64,000 bases of DNA. Source: Pseudomonadota bacterium. Lineage in GTDB: Bacteria > Myxococcota > JACRCW01 > JAFGSX01. The notes under the pieces were generated by a model. It saw only the letters and a program-made list of their open reading frames with translations. It did not search any database and was not told the DNA's origin. Below, in pieces: positions 9,517-18,378 of the stretch; the stretch's first letter is position 1; the number at the start of each line of letters is the position of its first letter. The stretch is taken from NCBI GenBank assembly GCA_043821645.1, contig JBDRCO010000076.1, positions 130,965-194,964 on the forward strand. The letters are read 5' to 3'. The position numbers and the translations under genes are program-made.

Positions 9517-10731
9517 TCAGGCGTCTTCGGCAGATGCGTCTTCGGTGCTTGCATCCTCGACGCCAGCGTCGGAGGTGGTCGTCGCATCCGAGGTCGTCAT
9601 CGCATCGGCCGCGGTCGTGGCGTCCTCGGTGGTCATCGTATCGGCGGTCGTTGCATCCGTAGCAGTCGTTGCGTCAGGGGTGGTCATCGCATCAGGAGAG
9701 ACTGTCGCATCGGTGCTGGTGGCGCTGTCCGGCAAACCCGCATCGACGGCTCCGGTGACTGGCGGCAGACCGTGCGGCGTGTAGATCGTGACCGCATCGG
9801 GGAACACGTAGATCTTGGCGCTGCCGAGCTTGCGCGTGGTGGAACCGTCCTTGTACCAGGCCTCGACCAGTTGCTGGCCGGGTTCCACGTTGAGGTAGGC
9901 ATAGGTACCGCAAGGGCCCGACGCGGTGCGTGAGCGATCTGGCTGATCGCAATCCGTACCGATGGTGTAGATGAGCCGGGTCTGGCTATCCATGCAGGGG
10001 CTGGACACCACGACGTTTTCGAGCACCTTCTCGTCACAATCCTGGACCTCGCCAGCGATCACGCCGCGGCCGACGCCGTCGCTGATGTCATCCATACCTT
10101 GCACCGGGCGACTGGCCAGGGTGGGCAGGGACTGGTAGGTGGCCGAGTAGATGACATTGGCCTCAAAGAACACGTATTCGCCACCCAAGATCTCGATCTT
10201 TGCAGGATCCAGCATCACGTTGTACTGGTACGAATCCACCACCACCATCGAGGCACTGCGCTGGGAGTCGTAGACCTTGACCAGCAGCGGTGTCGAGGTC
10301 GGCACACCCTCGACGCGGTAGTAGGCGCCCTTGGGACAGTTGATGGCCTCGAGGGTGGTCGTCTCCACCGCCGCCTCGCCGTAGGCTGGCGATTCGGTTG
10401 CAGGGTTCTGGTCCATGTCAAAGACCGCGACCTTGAGGGTGGTGGCGACGATGCGCTCACCCACACCGAAAACGTCGAGGCAGCCACCCATCGCGACGGT
10501 GGTGCTCTCGGCCCAGACCTCGGCCGTGGTCACGCAGGCGAGCTGGGGTGCGGTGCCGTTCTCGCGCTCGGGGGCGGTGGCCGCGGTCGGGGTGGTGTAG
10601 GGATCGTCGATACTGCAGCCCGCGTCCGTGCTGACGATGCCTCCGTCATTCTTGGGACGGTTCTCACCCGGGCAACCCGCAAGGGCGACGGCCATCGGGA
10701 GCACGAAGACGCTAGATCTGAGCAGTGTCAT
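9517..10731 (-). CDS. Lipoprotein, beta-sandwich (carboxypeptidase-regulatory-like) domains, Asp/Ala/Thr repeat tail
   Basis: AAGGAGG RBS, lipobox LAGC and a C-terminal DA(T/M)TT repeat. Confidence 0.75.
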   Translation of the reverse strand: MTLLRSSVFVLPMAVALAGCPGENRPKNDGGIVSTDAGCSIDDPYTTPTAATAPERENGTAPQLACVTTAEVWAESTTVAMGGCLDVFGVGERIVATTLKVAVFDMDQNPATESPAYGEAAVETTTLEAINCPKGAYYRVEGVPTSTPLLVKVYDSQRSASMVVVDSYQYNVMLDPAKIEILGGEYVFFEANVIYSATYQSLPTLASRPVQGMDDISDGVGRGVIAGEVQDCDEKVLENVVVSSPCMDSQTRLIYTIGTDCDQPDRSRTASGPCGTYAYLNVEPGQQLVEAWYKDGSTTRKLGSAKIYVFPDAVTIYTPHGLPPVTGAVDAGLPDSATSTDATVSPDAMTTPDATTATDATTADTMTTEDATTAADAMTTSDATTTSDAGVEDASTEDASAEDA

Positions 10732-10837
10732 GAGAACGATCCTCCTTGCACAGGCAATGACATGTCGTGATGGCGAGCGAGTCCCCCGGGACAAGCGACG
10801 TGATTGCGTCGAAACCTAGCGGTCTGGCCCTCGGCCG

Positions 10838-11260
10838 TCAACGTCCGCGCCGCTTCGAGGCTGCCCTCGCGCGCTCGACGGCTTGCTCCACGCTCAGCGA
10901 GGGATCTCCGCCGCGTACCGCAGCCGGGCTCAGGGGCGGAGCGCCGCGGGGAACGGGGCCGGTGACCAGCTTCACCTTGCTCAGGGGGACGTCGAGCTGC
11001 TGGTTGAGCCGCTCGAGGATGTCGGGGAGCAAGTAGTGCAGCTCGGCTCGCCAGGTCGAACCGTCCACACGCACCGTCAAGGTGCCCTGGCGAAGGTGCA
11101 CGGCCTCGGTCACCGTGGCGAGGGTGGTGCCCACGACCCTTGGCCACAGCGCCATGGCCAGGTGTTCGCGCACACCCTGGTAAAGGCCCTGACGGCGCAG
11201 CACGCGATCGAGCGCAGAGGCCGCGGGTTCGGCGTGAGGCTGACGTGGTCGGCGGGTCAA
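10838..11260 (-). CDS. dciA: DUF721/DciA family protein (helicase loader-like)
   Basis: WPRVVG..LA..TEAVHLRQGTLTVRVDGSTWRAEL pattern typical of DUF721. Start (TTG/GTG) uncertain. Confidence 0.75.
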   Translation of the reverse strand: MTRRPRQPHAEPAASALDRVLRRQGLYQGVREHLAMALWPRVVGTTLATVTEAVHLRQGTLTVRVDGSTWRAELHYLLPDILERLNQQLDVPLSKVKLVTGPVPRGAPPLSPAAVRGGDPSLSVEQAVERARAASKRRGR

Positions 11261-11335
11261 GCAAAGCACCTCTCGTGGAACGGCTTTCGCGCACATAATC
11301 CTGACGCGTGCCCACAAACAATCTATATTTGTCGA

Positions 11336-11716
11336 GTGAACTCGTCTCAGGATAACAGCAATCGTCGGCTCTGGCCTCGCGTCGAGCTCGACGCCAGGGT
11401 GGTCATCTCCTTCACATCCGTCGAGGAAGCGGTCTCGGGCCCCCTGGTGAACCTGAGCGAGGGTGGCGCCTACATTCGCACCACCAAGACCAAGCCCATC
11501 GGCACGCACCTGTGGCTGCGCATCGCCGTGGAGGACGAGAAACTCATCATCGAGGCCCAGGGCACGGTGGCCCGGGTCATCTCCATCGAGGCGGCAGATC
11601 TTCACGGTGTGGTGCCTGGCATGGGTATCCGGTTCACCAACCTGGGGAGCAAGGACCGGGAGGCCATCCGGCAGCTCGTCTCGGCGATTCTTGCGGTGGC
11701 GCGGAGAGGTGCGTGA
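11336..11716 (+). CDS. Single PilZ-domain protein (myxobacterial type)
   Basis: RRLWPR and NLSEGG c-di-GMP-binding motifs, plus PGMGIRF. Confidence 0.85.
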   Translation: MNSSQDNSNRRLWPRVELDARVVISFTSVEEAVSGPLVNLSEGGAYIRTTKTKPIGTHLWLRIAVEDEKLIIEAQGTVARVISIEAADLHGVVPGMGIRFTNLGSKDREAIRQLVSAILAVARRGA

Positions 11717-12564
11717 ACACGAGCCCGAAGGGGCGTCGCCGCAGTGTCTCGACGCGCGAGGACCTCGACGCAGGCGAGGCCGGGTCCGCCCCCAAACAGG
11801 ATGAGGCGGTCCAGGCAGCGGCAGAGCTGCTGGGTCGCACGCAGCGCGCCTATGCGCTGACCGGCGCCGGTATCAGTGCGGCCTCGGGGATCCCCGACTT
11901 CCGTGGTGCGTCGGGGTTGTGGCAGCGCTTTCCGCCGGCAGAGTTCTCCACCATCGATGCTTTCGTCAGCGACCCGGACAAGGTGTGGCGAATGCTCCGT
12001 GAGGTGGGCGCGATCTGCCAGGCCGCCACTCCCAATGCGGGGCACCGCGCCCTGGTTGCTCTGCAGAAGCGGCGCCTGCTGCGAGGCGTGATCACGCAGA
12101 ACATTGATGGCTTGCACCAGGCTGCAGGCAGCCGCTCGGTGGTCGAGTACCACGGCAGCTCGCGGCGTCTGCATTGCCTGGGTTGTGGCGCCGAGTTTGC
12201 GCTGTGGCGGCGTGCTCGCGCGATCGCCCGCGGTCAGACTCCCCGCTGTTCGTGTGGCAATGCGCTCAAGCCGACGGTGGTGCTCTTCGGCGAGATGCTA
12301 CCGCCCCAGGCCCTGCGCCAGGCGGAACAATGGATGGAGGATGCCGAGGTCTTGCTGGTGGTAGGGACCAGCGCCAACGTGGCGCCCGCGAGCGAACTCC
12401 CGCTGCTCGCCAAGGCCGCTGGTGCCCTCGTCATCGAGTTCAATCTCGAGGCCACCGCGCTGACCGAGGTGGTGACCGACATCTTCGTGCAGGGCCCCAG
12501 CGAGCAGAGCTTGCCGCTGTTGGTGGCAGCCCTGAGCAGGCCCGGGTGGCGCGCCGGTCGCTGA
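11713..12564 (+). CDS. cobB: NAD-dependent protein deacylase, Sir2 family
   Basis: TGAGISAASGIPDFRG, TQNIDGLHQAAGS, HG, Zn-binding Cys pairs and VGTS. GTGA overlap with the PilZ gene. Confidence 0.92.
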   Translation: MNTSPKGRRRSVSTREDLDAGEAGSAPKQDEAVQAAAELLGRTQRAYALTGAGISAASGIPDFRGASGLWQRFPPAEFSTIDAFVSDPDKVWRMLREVGAICQAATPNAGHRALVALQKRRLLRGVITQNIDGLHQAAGSRSVVEYHGSSRRLHCLGCGAEFALWRRARAIARGQTPRCSCGNALKPTVVLFGEMLPPQALRQAEQWMEDAEVLLVVGTSANVAPASELPLLAKAAGALVIEFNLEATALTEVVTDIFVQGPSEQSLPLLVAALSRPGWRAGR

Positions 12565-12689
12565 GAAAATCGTCCACGACGCGGTGCGGCTTGATATGTG
12601 CCACCTATTTGTATTAGTGAATCATCCCCGTTTGACCCCAGCTCGCGCGGGCGAGAACCTCGACGAGCACCTGGCGAAGGAGAGCTTGA

Positions 12690-15059
12690 ATGACACGGAA
12701 TAGGAATCATGGATCTTGGATCCTGGCGCTCTGCGTCGGGGCGATGAGCTGGACCGTGGCGGGTTGTCCGCCGCCGCCGGTGACCAATGACGCGGGTCCC
12801 TCGGACGAATGCGAGGTTCCGCGTGATTGCGGCGCAGGTTCCGACTGCGTCATGGGTGCCGACGGCTATCGCATCTGCATCAAGCTCTTTTGCACCACGG
12901 ACACGGACTGCAACGTGGCGGCGGGTGAGCACTGCGATCAGCGCCGCGGGCTCTGCCTGGGCGATACCTGTCGTGACAACAACCAGTGCCAGGGCGGCAA
13001 CGTCTGCCTCGGCGGCTCCTGCCAGGCCGCGCCTCCAGGTGCCGACTCGTGCCAGATCTCGCCTGCGGCCGCCGTGGTGCGGGGCGGCGCCACGGCCAAT
13101 CTCGGCGTCACCGGCTTCCTGAACTCCGGCGCTCTGGCCGCTCTGGCGACCTTCACCTGGTCGTCCAGCGATGACAGCTGTGTCACGGTCAGCAGCGCAG
13201 GTGTGGCCAACGGAGCAGGCGCCTCGACCTGCACAGCCACCTTGACCGCGACCCCGGTGGGTGGCGGTACCGCCTGCACGGCCACGGTCACCAACTTCCC
13301 CGCGGTGACCTTGCCGACCCTGCGCGCCCTGGTGCTCGAGGAGTTTGCAGGCACGCCGGTGCAAGGCGCCAAGCTGCTGGTGCGCACCGATGACGGCGCC
13401 GGCGGAGCGGTCACCGTGCTCACCACCGTCGACACCGATGCCCAGGGCGTGGCTACCATCGCCGACGTGGGTGTCACCCAGGCCAGTCACCTCCTCGACG
13501 CATCCATCTTCCACCAGGGCTACCACTACATGACCGTGGTGCGTCCAGGCAGCAGCGATCTGGCCTTCTTCCTGCGCAAGGTCCCCGACGCCACCAAGAT
13601 GGCCGGCGTCAAGGGCACCTTCGACTTCAGTCAGGTGCACACGCGTGGCGACATCAGCCTCGGCATCGCCGGCATGTCGATCCCCGGTAGCTTGACCGAC
13701 CTCGACTTCATGTTGCTTCTCGGTGAGACCGTGCCCCGCGACATCAACCTCGAGGGCGTGGGCAACTTCGAGGACGTGCCGCTTCCCTCGGGCCTGTTCA
13801 TGAAGGTCGGCGCCGCGGACATCAAGGCCGACTTCCAGGCCTTTGGCGAGCCTGGCAAGCGCATCCTGTGGGGCCTCGGCGGCAAGGTCAGACTGGCCGA
13901 GATCGGACCCATCATCAGCGAGGTGGCGGGTGGCAGTGGCGAGCTCGACATCGGCGGCATCCTGGCCGCAGTGCTGCCCTACTTCGGTACCTTCGACCAT
14001 GCCGTGGCTGGCAACATCGACCTGCCCCTCGTCAATCGTCCTACCACCGGCGAGCCAGGCAACTGGGACTTCGGGACTGACAGCCAAACCCTCGGCATCG
14101 ATACCCTGCTGTCACAGTCCGCGGCCTACACCATCCCGACCCTGCCGCGCAGCCCGGTGTCCGATGCCTTCATCGACGGCGCCATCGTGCTCATGGGCGT
14201 CATTGTCCCCGGACAGGGCACGGTGCCTCTGGGGCTCACCGCCGGTCTCGATGCTCCCGAGGACACGGATGTTGCCGACGGTGTGGTGGACCCGACGCCT
14301 TGCCCGGAGAACAACCCCGGTTGCGTGAGGCCGCCTCGCGGCCAGGTCATCGTCGACTTCGCGCCACCCCACAGCGGCATGGAGGGTTCGCCCTACATCA
14401 CCATGGTCATGGCCCTCGGCCTGGATGCCATCGGTGAAGCGCAGTTCACCTCCATCCTGGTCAACATCGCCGACAGCGTGTCGGGTTCGGGTGCCAACAC
14501 CTTCGCGGCCGGCGCCTTCCTCCCCGTGATCAGCGGCGCGACCTACGTGCGCGGCCTGAGCTTCGCGCAGAACGCCAACGTGACCGGCGCGGATTTCTAT
14601 CGCCTGCACCTCGATGCGGCGGACAAGGGCTGGGATATCTACTTCGACGACGCGGTGGCTGGCCTTTCGCTCCCGACCCCGCCGACCGGCATGGAAGCCC
14701 GCAACAACAATGCGGACGTCCAGGTCTTCAAGACCTTCTCGGGGAGCATCGGTGTGCGCGAGCTGTTCGAGTTCAACGGCACCAACGTCAGCGACCTGCT
14801 GTACCTGACCGCGGGATTCTCGACCATGGAGTGCACGACCATCGAGCAGCCGCAGCAGGGCAACTGCAACGCCGACGACGGCTACACGCTGGATGCCGCC
14901 AGTGGCCTGTGTGTGGGTGGCCCCAGCGACATCACTGCCTTTGGCGCTGGCACGGCCAGCCCCTGCAGCGGCCAGACCGGCTACGAGCCCGTGTTCACCG
15001 CCGGGGCAGGTTCTGCAGGAATCTGCGCGCGCACTCCCTCGTGTCGCCAGGAGAACTGA
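12690..15059 (+). CDS. Large lipoprotein with Cys-rich repeats and Ig-like domain
   Basis: Lipobox VAGC, Cx4-5DC Cys-rich repeats and an Ig-like TWSSSD..VTV motif. GGAG RBS and strong codon bias. Confidence 0.8.
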   Translation: MTRNRNHGSWILALCVGAMSWTVAGCPPPPVTNDAGPSDECEVPRDCGAGSDCVMGADGYRICIKLFCTTDTDCNVAAGEHCDQRRGLCLGDTCRDNNQCQGGNVCLGGSCQAAPPGADSCQISPAAAVVRGGATANLGVTGFLNSGALAALATFTWSSSDDSCVTVSSAGVANGAGASTCTATLTATPVGGGTACTATVTNFPAVTLPTLRALVLEEFAGTPVQGAKLLVRTDDGAGGAVTVLTTVDTDAQGVATIADVGVTQASHLLDASIFHQGYHYMTVVRPGSSDLAFFLRKVPDATKMAGVKGTFDFSQVHTRGDISLGIAGMSIPGSLTDLDFMLLLGETVPRDINLEGVGNFEDVPLPSGLFMKVGAADIKADFQAFGEPGKRILWGLGGKVRLAEIGPIISEVAGGSGELDIGGILAAVLPYFGTFDHAVAGNIDLPLVNRPTTGEPGNWDFGTDSQTLGIDTLLSQSAAYTIPTLPRSPVSDAFIDGAIVLMGVIVPGQGTVPLGLTAGLDAPEDTDVADGVVDPTPCPENNPGCVRPPRGQVIVDFAPPHSGMEGSPYITMVMALGLDAIGEAQFTSILVNIADSVSGSGANTFAAGAFLPVISGATYVRGLSFAQNANVTGADFYRLHLDAADKGWDIYFDDAVAGLSLPTPPTGMEARNNNADVQVFKTFSGSIGVRELFEFNGTNVSDLLYLTAGFSTMECTTIEQPQQGNCNADDGYTLDAASGLCVGGPSDITAFGAGTASPCSGQTGYEPVFTAGAGSAGICARTPSCRQEN

Positions 15060-15139
15060 TCTCCGGCACCCCTGGCTCCCGTCGTCCTTTCGCGACATGA
15101 TCCCGGCATGACACCCACCTGCCCGCGCAGGGGCGCGGC

Positions 15140-18100
15140 ATGACTGCATCCCCGTCGTCACCCGAGCTGGACCGCCGCGTCGGCGGGCTGGTTCGCATGG
15201 CCCTTGGCCGCCCTGTCACCGTGACCATGGTGGCGCTGGCCGCGGTGGTGGTGGGCTTGATCTCCTACGTTCGGATCCCGCTTCAACTCATGCCCTCTGG
15301 TTTCACGGTGCCGCTGCTCTACGTGCAGGTGGCCTGGCCCAACGCCACTCCGGCCGAGGGCGCAGAGCAGGTGCTCGAGCCCCTCGAGGCTGCTCTGGCC
15401 ACGGTGCCGGGGATCAAGGCCACGCGGAGCATGAGCCGGCTGGGCGGACTCGGGATGCGCGTGGAGTTCGATGACGGAACGGACATGAGCGATGCGTACA
15501 ACGGTGTACGCGAGCGCATTGACCGCATCCAGAACGATCTGCCGCAGGGGATCCAGAAGATCTACATCTGGAAGTTCGACCCCGACGACGAGCCCGTGCT
15601 GGTGCTCGCGATCCTGGCACCCCAGGATCTCGCCGACGCCTACGAGCGCGTGCAGGACAGGCTGGCCCGTGCCCTCGACCGTCTGCCCGGGGTGGGCAAC
15701 GTGGAGATCTGGGGTGGCACCCCCCACATGGTCGAGGTTGCCATCGACGCGGACCTAGCTCACTCCCATGGCCTGACTCCTTACCAGGTGGCCGAGGCCG
15801 TGCGCCGGGCAGGCTTCGTCGTCTCGGCCGGTGTCGCCCGCGAGGCAGGGCGCGTGCTGCCGATCCGGGTGCGCCAGCCACTTCGCGATCTGCAGACCCT
15901 GCGGGAGCTCCCGGTCGCGCGCGACCTGCGTCTGCAGGACCTCGCCCACGTGGTGCTGGCTCCCGACATCGACCGCGGCGCCGTGACCCGCATCGATGGC
16001 AAGTCTGCCCTGATGCTGGGGGTGTACAAGGAGTCCCGGGCCAACACCGTCGACACCTGCCGCCTGGTGCGCAGGACTCTGGAGCAGGTCCTGGCCAGCG
16101 AGCGCGCCCTCGCGGGGTTCTCGAGCATGTCGCTCTTCGATCAAGGTGAGCTCATCGACGAGTCGATCCAGAATCTGCAGTCCTCCTTGCTCTTCGGGGG
16201 CATCATCGCTGTGGCGCTGCTGTTCGTCTTTCTCGGACGCTGGCGCCTGACCCTGGTCTCTGCCGTCGCGATCCCCGCGTCCTTGCTCGGCGCTCTCGCC
16301 GTGCTGTACCTGTCCGGGCGCACCCTCAACCTTCTCTCCCTCATGGGACTGATGCTCAGCGTGGGCATGGTCGTCGATAACGCCATCGTGGTGGTGGAGC
16401 GCATCGCCCGGCGTCGCCAGGCTGGAGCCTCTGTTCAGGACGCGGCCGGTCAGGGAACCGAGGAGGTGGCGCTGGCCATCACCGTGGCCACGGCGACGAC
16501 CGTGGCCGCCTTCTTGCCCATCATCCTGATGTCCGGAAAGCAGGAACTGCGCTTCTTCCTGGGGGAGGTGGGCCTGCCCGTGTGCTACGCGCTCGTGGCA
16601 TCCCTGGCGGTGGCGGTCGTGGTGGTACCCCTGCTGACCCGCCTGGTCGGCAGCAGCCTGGATACACGCGCACATCCCCTCGGTGTCTCCGCCGACCACG
16701 TGGCCCAGGGCTACGCGCGTCTCCTGCGCCGGGCCGTACAGAAACCCTTCGATACGCTGCTCATCGCGATCCTGCTCTTCGCTTCCATCTTCGTTGCCAA
16801 GGTGCCCTCGACCGACAGCCTCGACGGGGGTGGAGACGAGATCGCCGTCATGCTCGCCATGCCTCCGAGCTACACCGACGACGAGCGTCTGCAGGTCCTG
16901 ATGCAGGTCGAGCAGGTGATGCTGGACCATGCCTCCGAGTTCGACCTCGAGCACGTGGTGCTGCAGCTGCGCCGCGATCGCGGACGCGATCTGGTACGTG
17001 GCTACTTCAAGCCGGTGGCCGAGCGGCAGAACAACCGCGACGAGGTGGGCAGGCAGCTCAAGAACCTCATCGATCCCGGGCCCGGGGTGCGCTGGCGCGT
17101 CGGCTGGGGAAGCCTGCGCGACGGCGATGGCAAGAGTCTGCGGTTGACGCTGCGAGGAACCGACCCCGAGGTGCTTCGCGACCTTGCCACCCAGGTCGTG
17201 GACCGTCTGGAAGGTGTTTCTGGCGTGATCTCGGCTCAAGCCGACGTGGACAGTGATTCAGTGCGTGAGCTGCATGCGCGGCTCCGCCCCGAGGCGGCCC
17301 TGCGCAGCGGTGTGGGCCCGGCCCTGCTCGGCGGAAGCTTGAGTCTTGCCCTGCGTGGCTGGCGCGTGACACGCATCCCTCTGGGTGGGCGTGACGTCGA
17401 GGTGCTGGTGCGCGCGGCACCGCATGGCGAGGGGCGGCGCGATCTCGGCAACCTCGCACTGTCCATGGCTCCGTCGAGTGCTGGCGATCTCGGTGGGGCC
17501 GTGACCTCCGGCGACACGACCGCCACCGACTCCGGCGCGGCAGCCCTCGAGGGCGCCGGTCTGGCTGTCGCCCTCGACCAGCTCACCAGCTTCGAGGAGG
17601 CGCCGGGCTTTGGCGCGGTGTACCGGGAGAACCGCGAGACCGTGGTGGCGATCGCGCTCACCCTGGACAGTGACGACATCCAGGCGGTGCGGGGTGAGGT
17701 CCAGCAGCGCATCGACGATGTGGCCCTGCCCAGAGGCGTCAAGCTGGACTTCGGTCAGCGCTTCAGTGACCTCGAGGGTCTGCAGTCCGACGAACGCTTC
17801 GCTGCGCTGTTGGCGATCTGCTTTGTCTTCCTGCTCATGGGTATTCTCTTCGAGTCCTGGCTGCTCCCCCTGGCGGTACTGGCATGCATGCCCTTCGCGT
17901 ACACCGGTGCACAGTGGATGCTCTTCGTCACCGGGACCCCGCGCGACGTCATGGCCATGGTGGGCATGGTCATTCTCATCGGCATCGTGGTCAACAATGC
18001 CATCGTGCTGGTCGACGCCATCAACCGGGCTCGCCTTCAGGGACTAAACAGGATCGACGCCATCACCCGGGCCGGGCACGAGCGGCTCCGCCCCATCCTG

Positions 18101-18343
18101 ATGACTGCGCTGACGACGATAGGCGGGCTGCTTCCCCTGGCCCTGGGGCAAGCTCAGGTGGCCGGGATCTCCTACGCCCCTCTGGCTCTCGCCGTCATCG
18201 GTGGGCTCGTCACGTCCACCGCGCTCACTTTGGTCGTGGTGCCCGCGGCGTATGTCGTGCTGGATGATCTCGGTGGCTTGCTGCGGCGGACTCTGCACGC
18301 CCGGACCCTGCCCGACGATCCCTCGCCCCCGTCCGATGCCTGA
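15140..18343 (+). CDS. RND efflux transporter permease (AcrB/AcrD/AcrF family)
   Basis: 1067 aa. RPVT at the N-terminus, VGMVVDNAIVVVE, GIVVNNAIVLVD, RLRPILMT and a 12-TM pattern. Confidence 0.93.
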   Translation: MTASPSSPELDRRVGGLVRMALGRPVTVTMVALAAVVVGLISYVRIPLQLMPSGFTVPLLYVQVAWPNATPAEGAEQVLEPLEAALATVPGIKATRSMSRLGGLGMRVEFDDGTDMSDAYNGVRERIDRIQNDLPQGIQKIYIWKFDPDDEPVLVLAILAPQDLADAYERVQDRLARALDRLPGVGNVEIWGGTPHMVEVAIDADLAHSHGLTPYQVAEAVRRAGFVVSAGVAREAGRVLPIRVRQPLRDLQTLRELPVARDLRLQDLAHVVLAPDIDRGAVTRIDGKSALMLGVYKESRANTVDTCRLVRRTLEQVLASERALAGFSSMSLFDQGELIDESIQNLQSSLLFGGIIAVALLFVFLGRWRLTLVSAVAIPASLLGALAVLYLSGRTLNLLSLMGLMLSVGMVVDNAIVVVERIARRRQAGASVQDAAGQGTEEVALAITVATATTVAAFLPIILMSGKQELRFFLGEVGLPVCYALVASLAVAVVVVPLLTRLVGSSLDTRAHPLGVSADHVAQGYARLLRRAVQKPFDTLLIAILLFASIFVAKVPSTDSLDGGGDEIAVMLAMPPSYTDDERLQVLMQVEQVMLDHASEFDLEHVVLQLRRDRGRDLVRGYFKPVAERQNNRDEVGRQLKNLIDPGPGVRWRVGWGSLRDGDGKSLRLTLRGTDPEVLRDLATQVVDRLEGVSGVISAQADVDSDSVRELHARLRPEAALRSGVGPALLGGSLSLALRGWRVTRIPLGGRDVEVLVRAAPHGEGRRDLGNLALSMAPSSAGDLGGAVTSGDTTATDSGAAALEGAGLAVALDQLTSFEEAPGFGAVYRENRETVVAIALTLDSDDIQAVRGEVQQRIDDVALPRGVKLDFGQRFSDLEGLQSDERFAALLAICFVFLLMGILFESWLLPLAVLACMPFAYTGAQWMLFVTGTPRDVMAMVGMVILIGIVVNNAIVLVDAINRARLQGLNRIDAITRAGHERLRPILMTALTTIGGLLPLALGQAQVAGISYAPLALAVIGGLVTSTALTLVVVPAAYVVLDDLGGLLRRTLHARTLPDDPSPPSDA

Positions 18344-18378
18344 GGTAGCATGGTATGAGGTCCGCACAGAGGTCTTCG

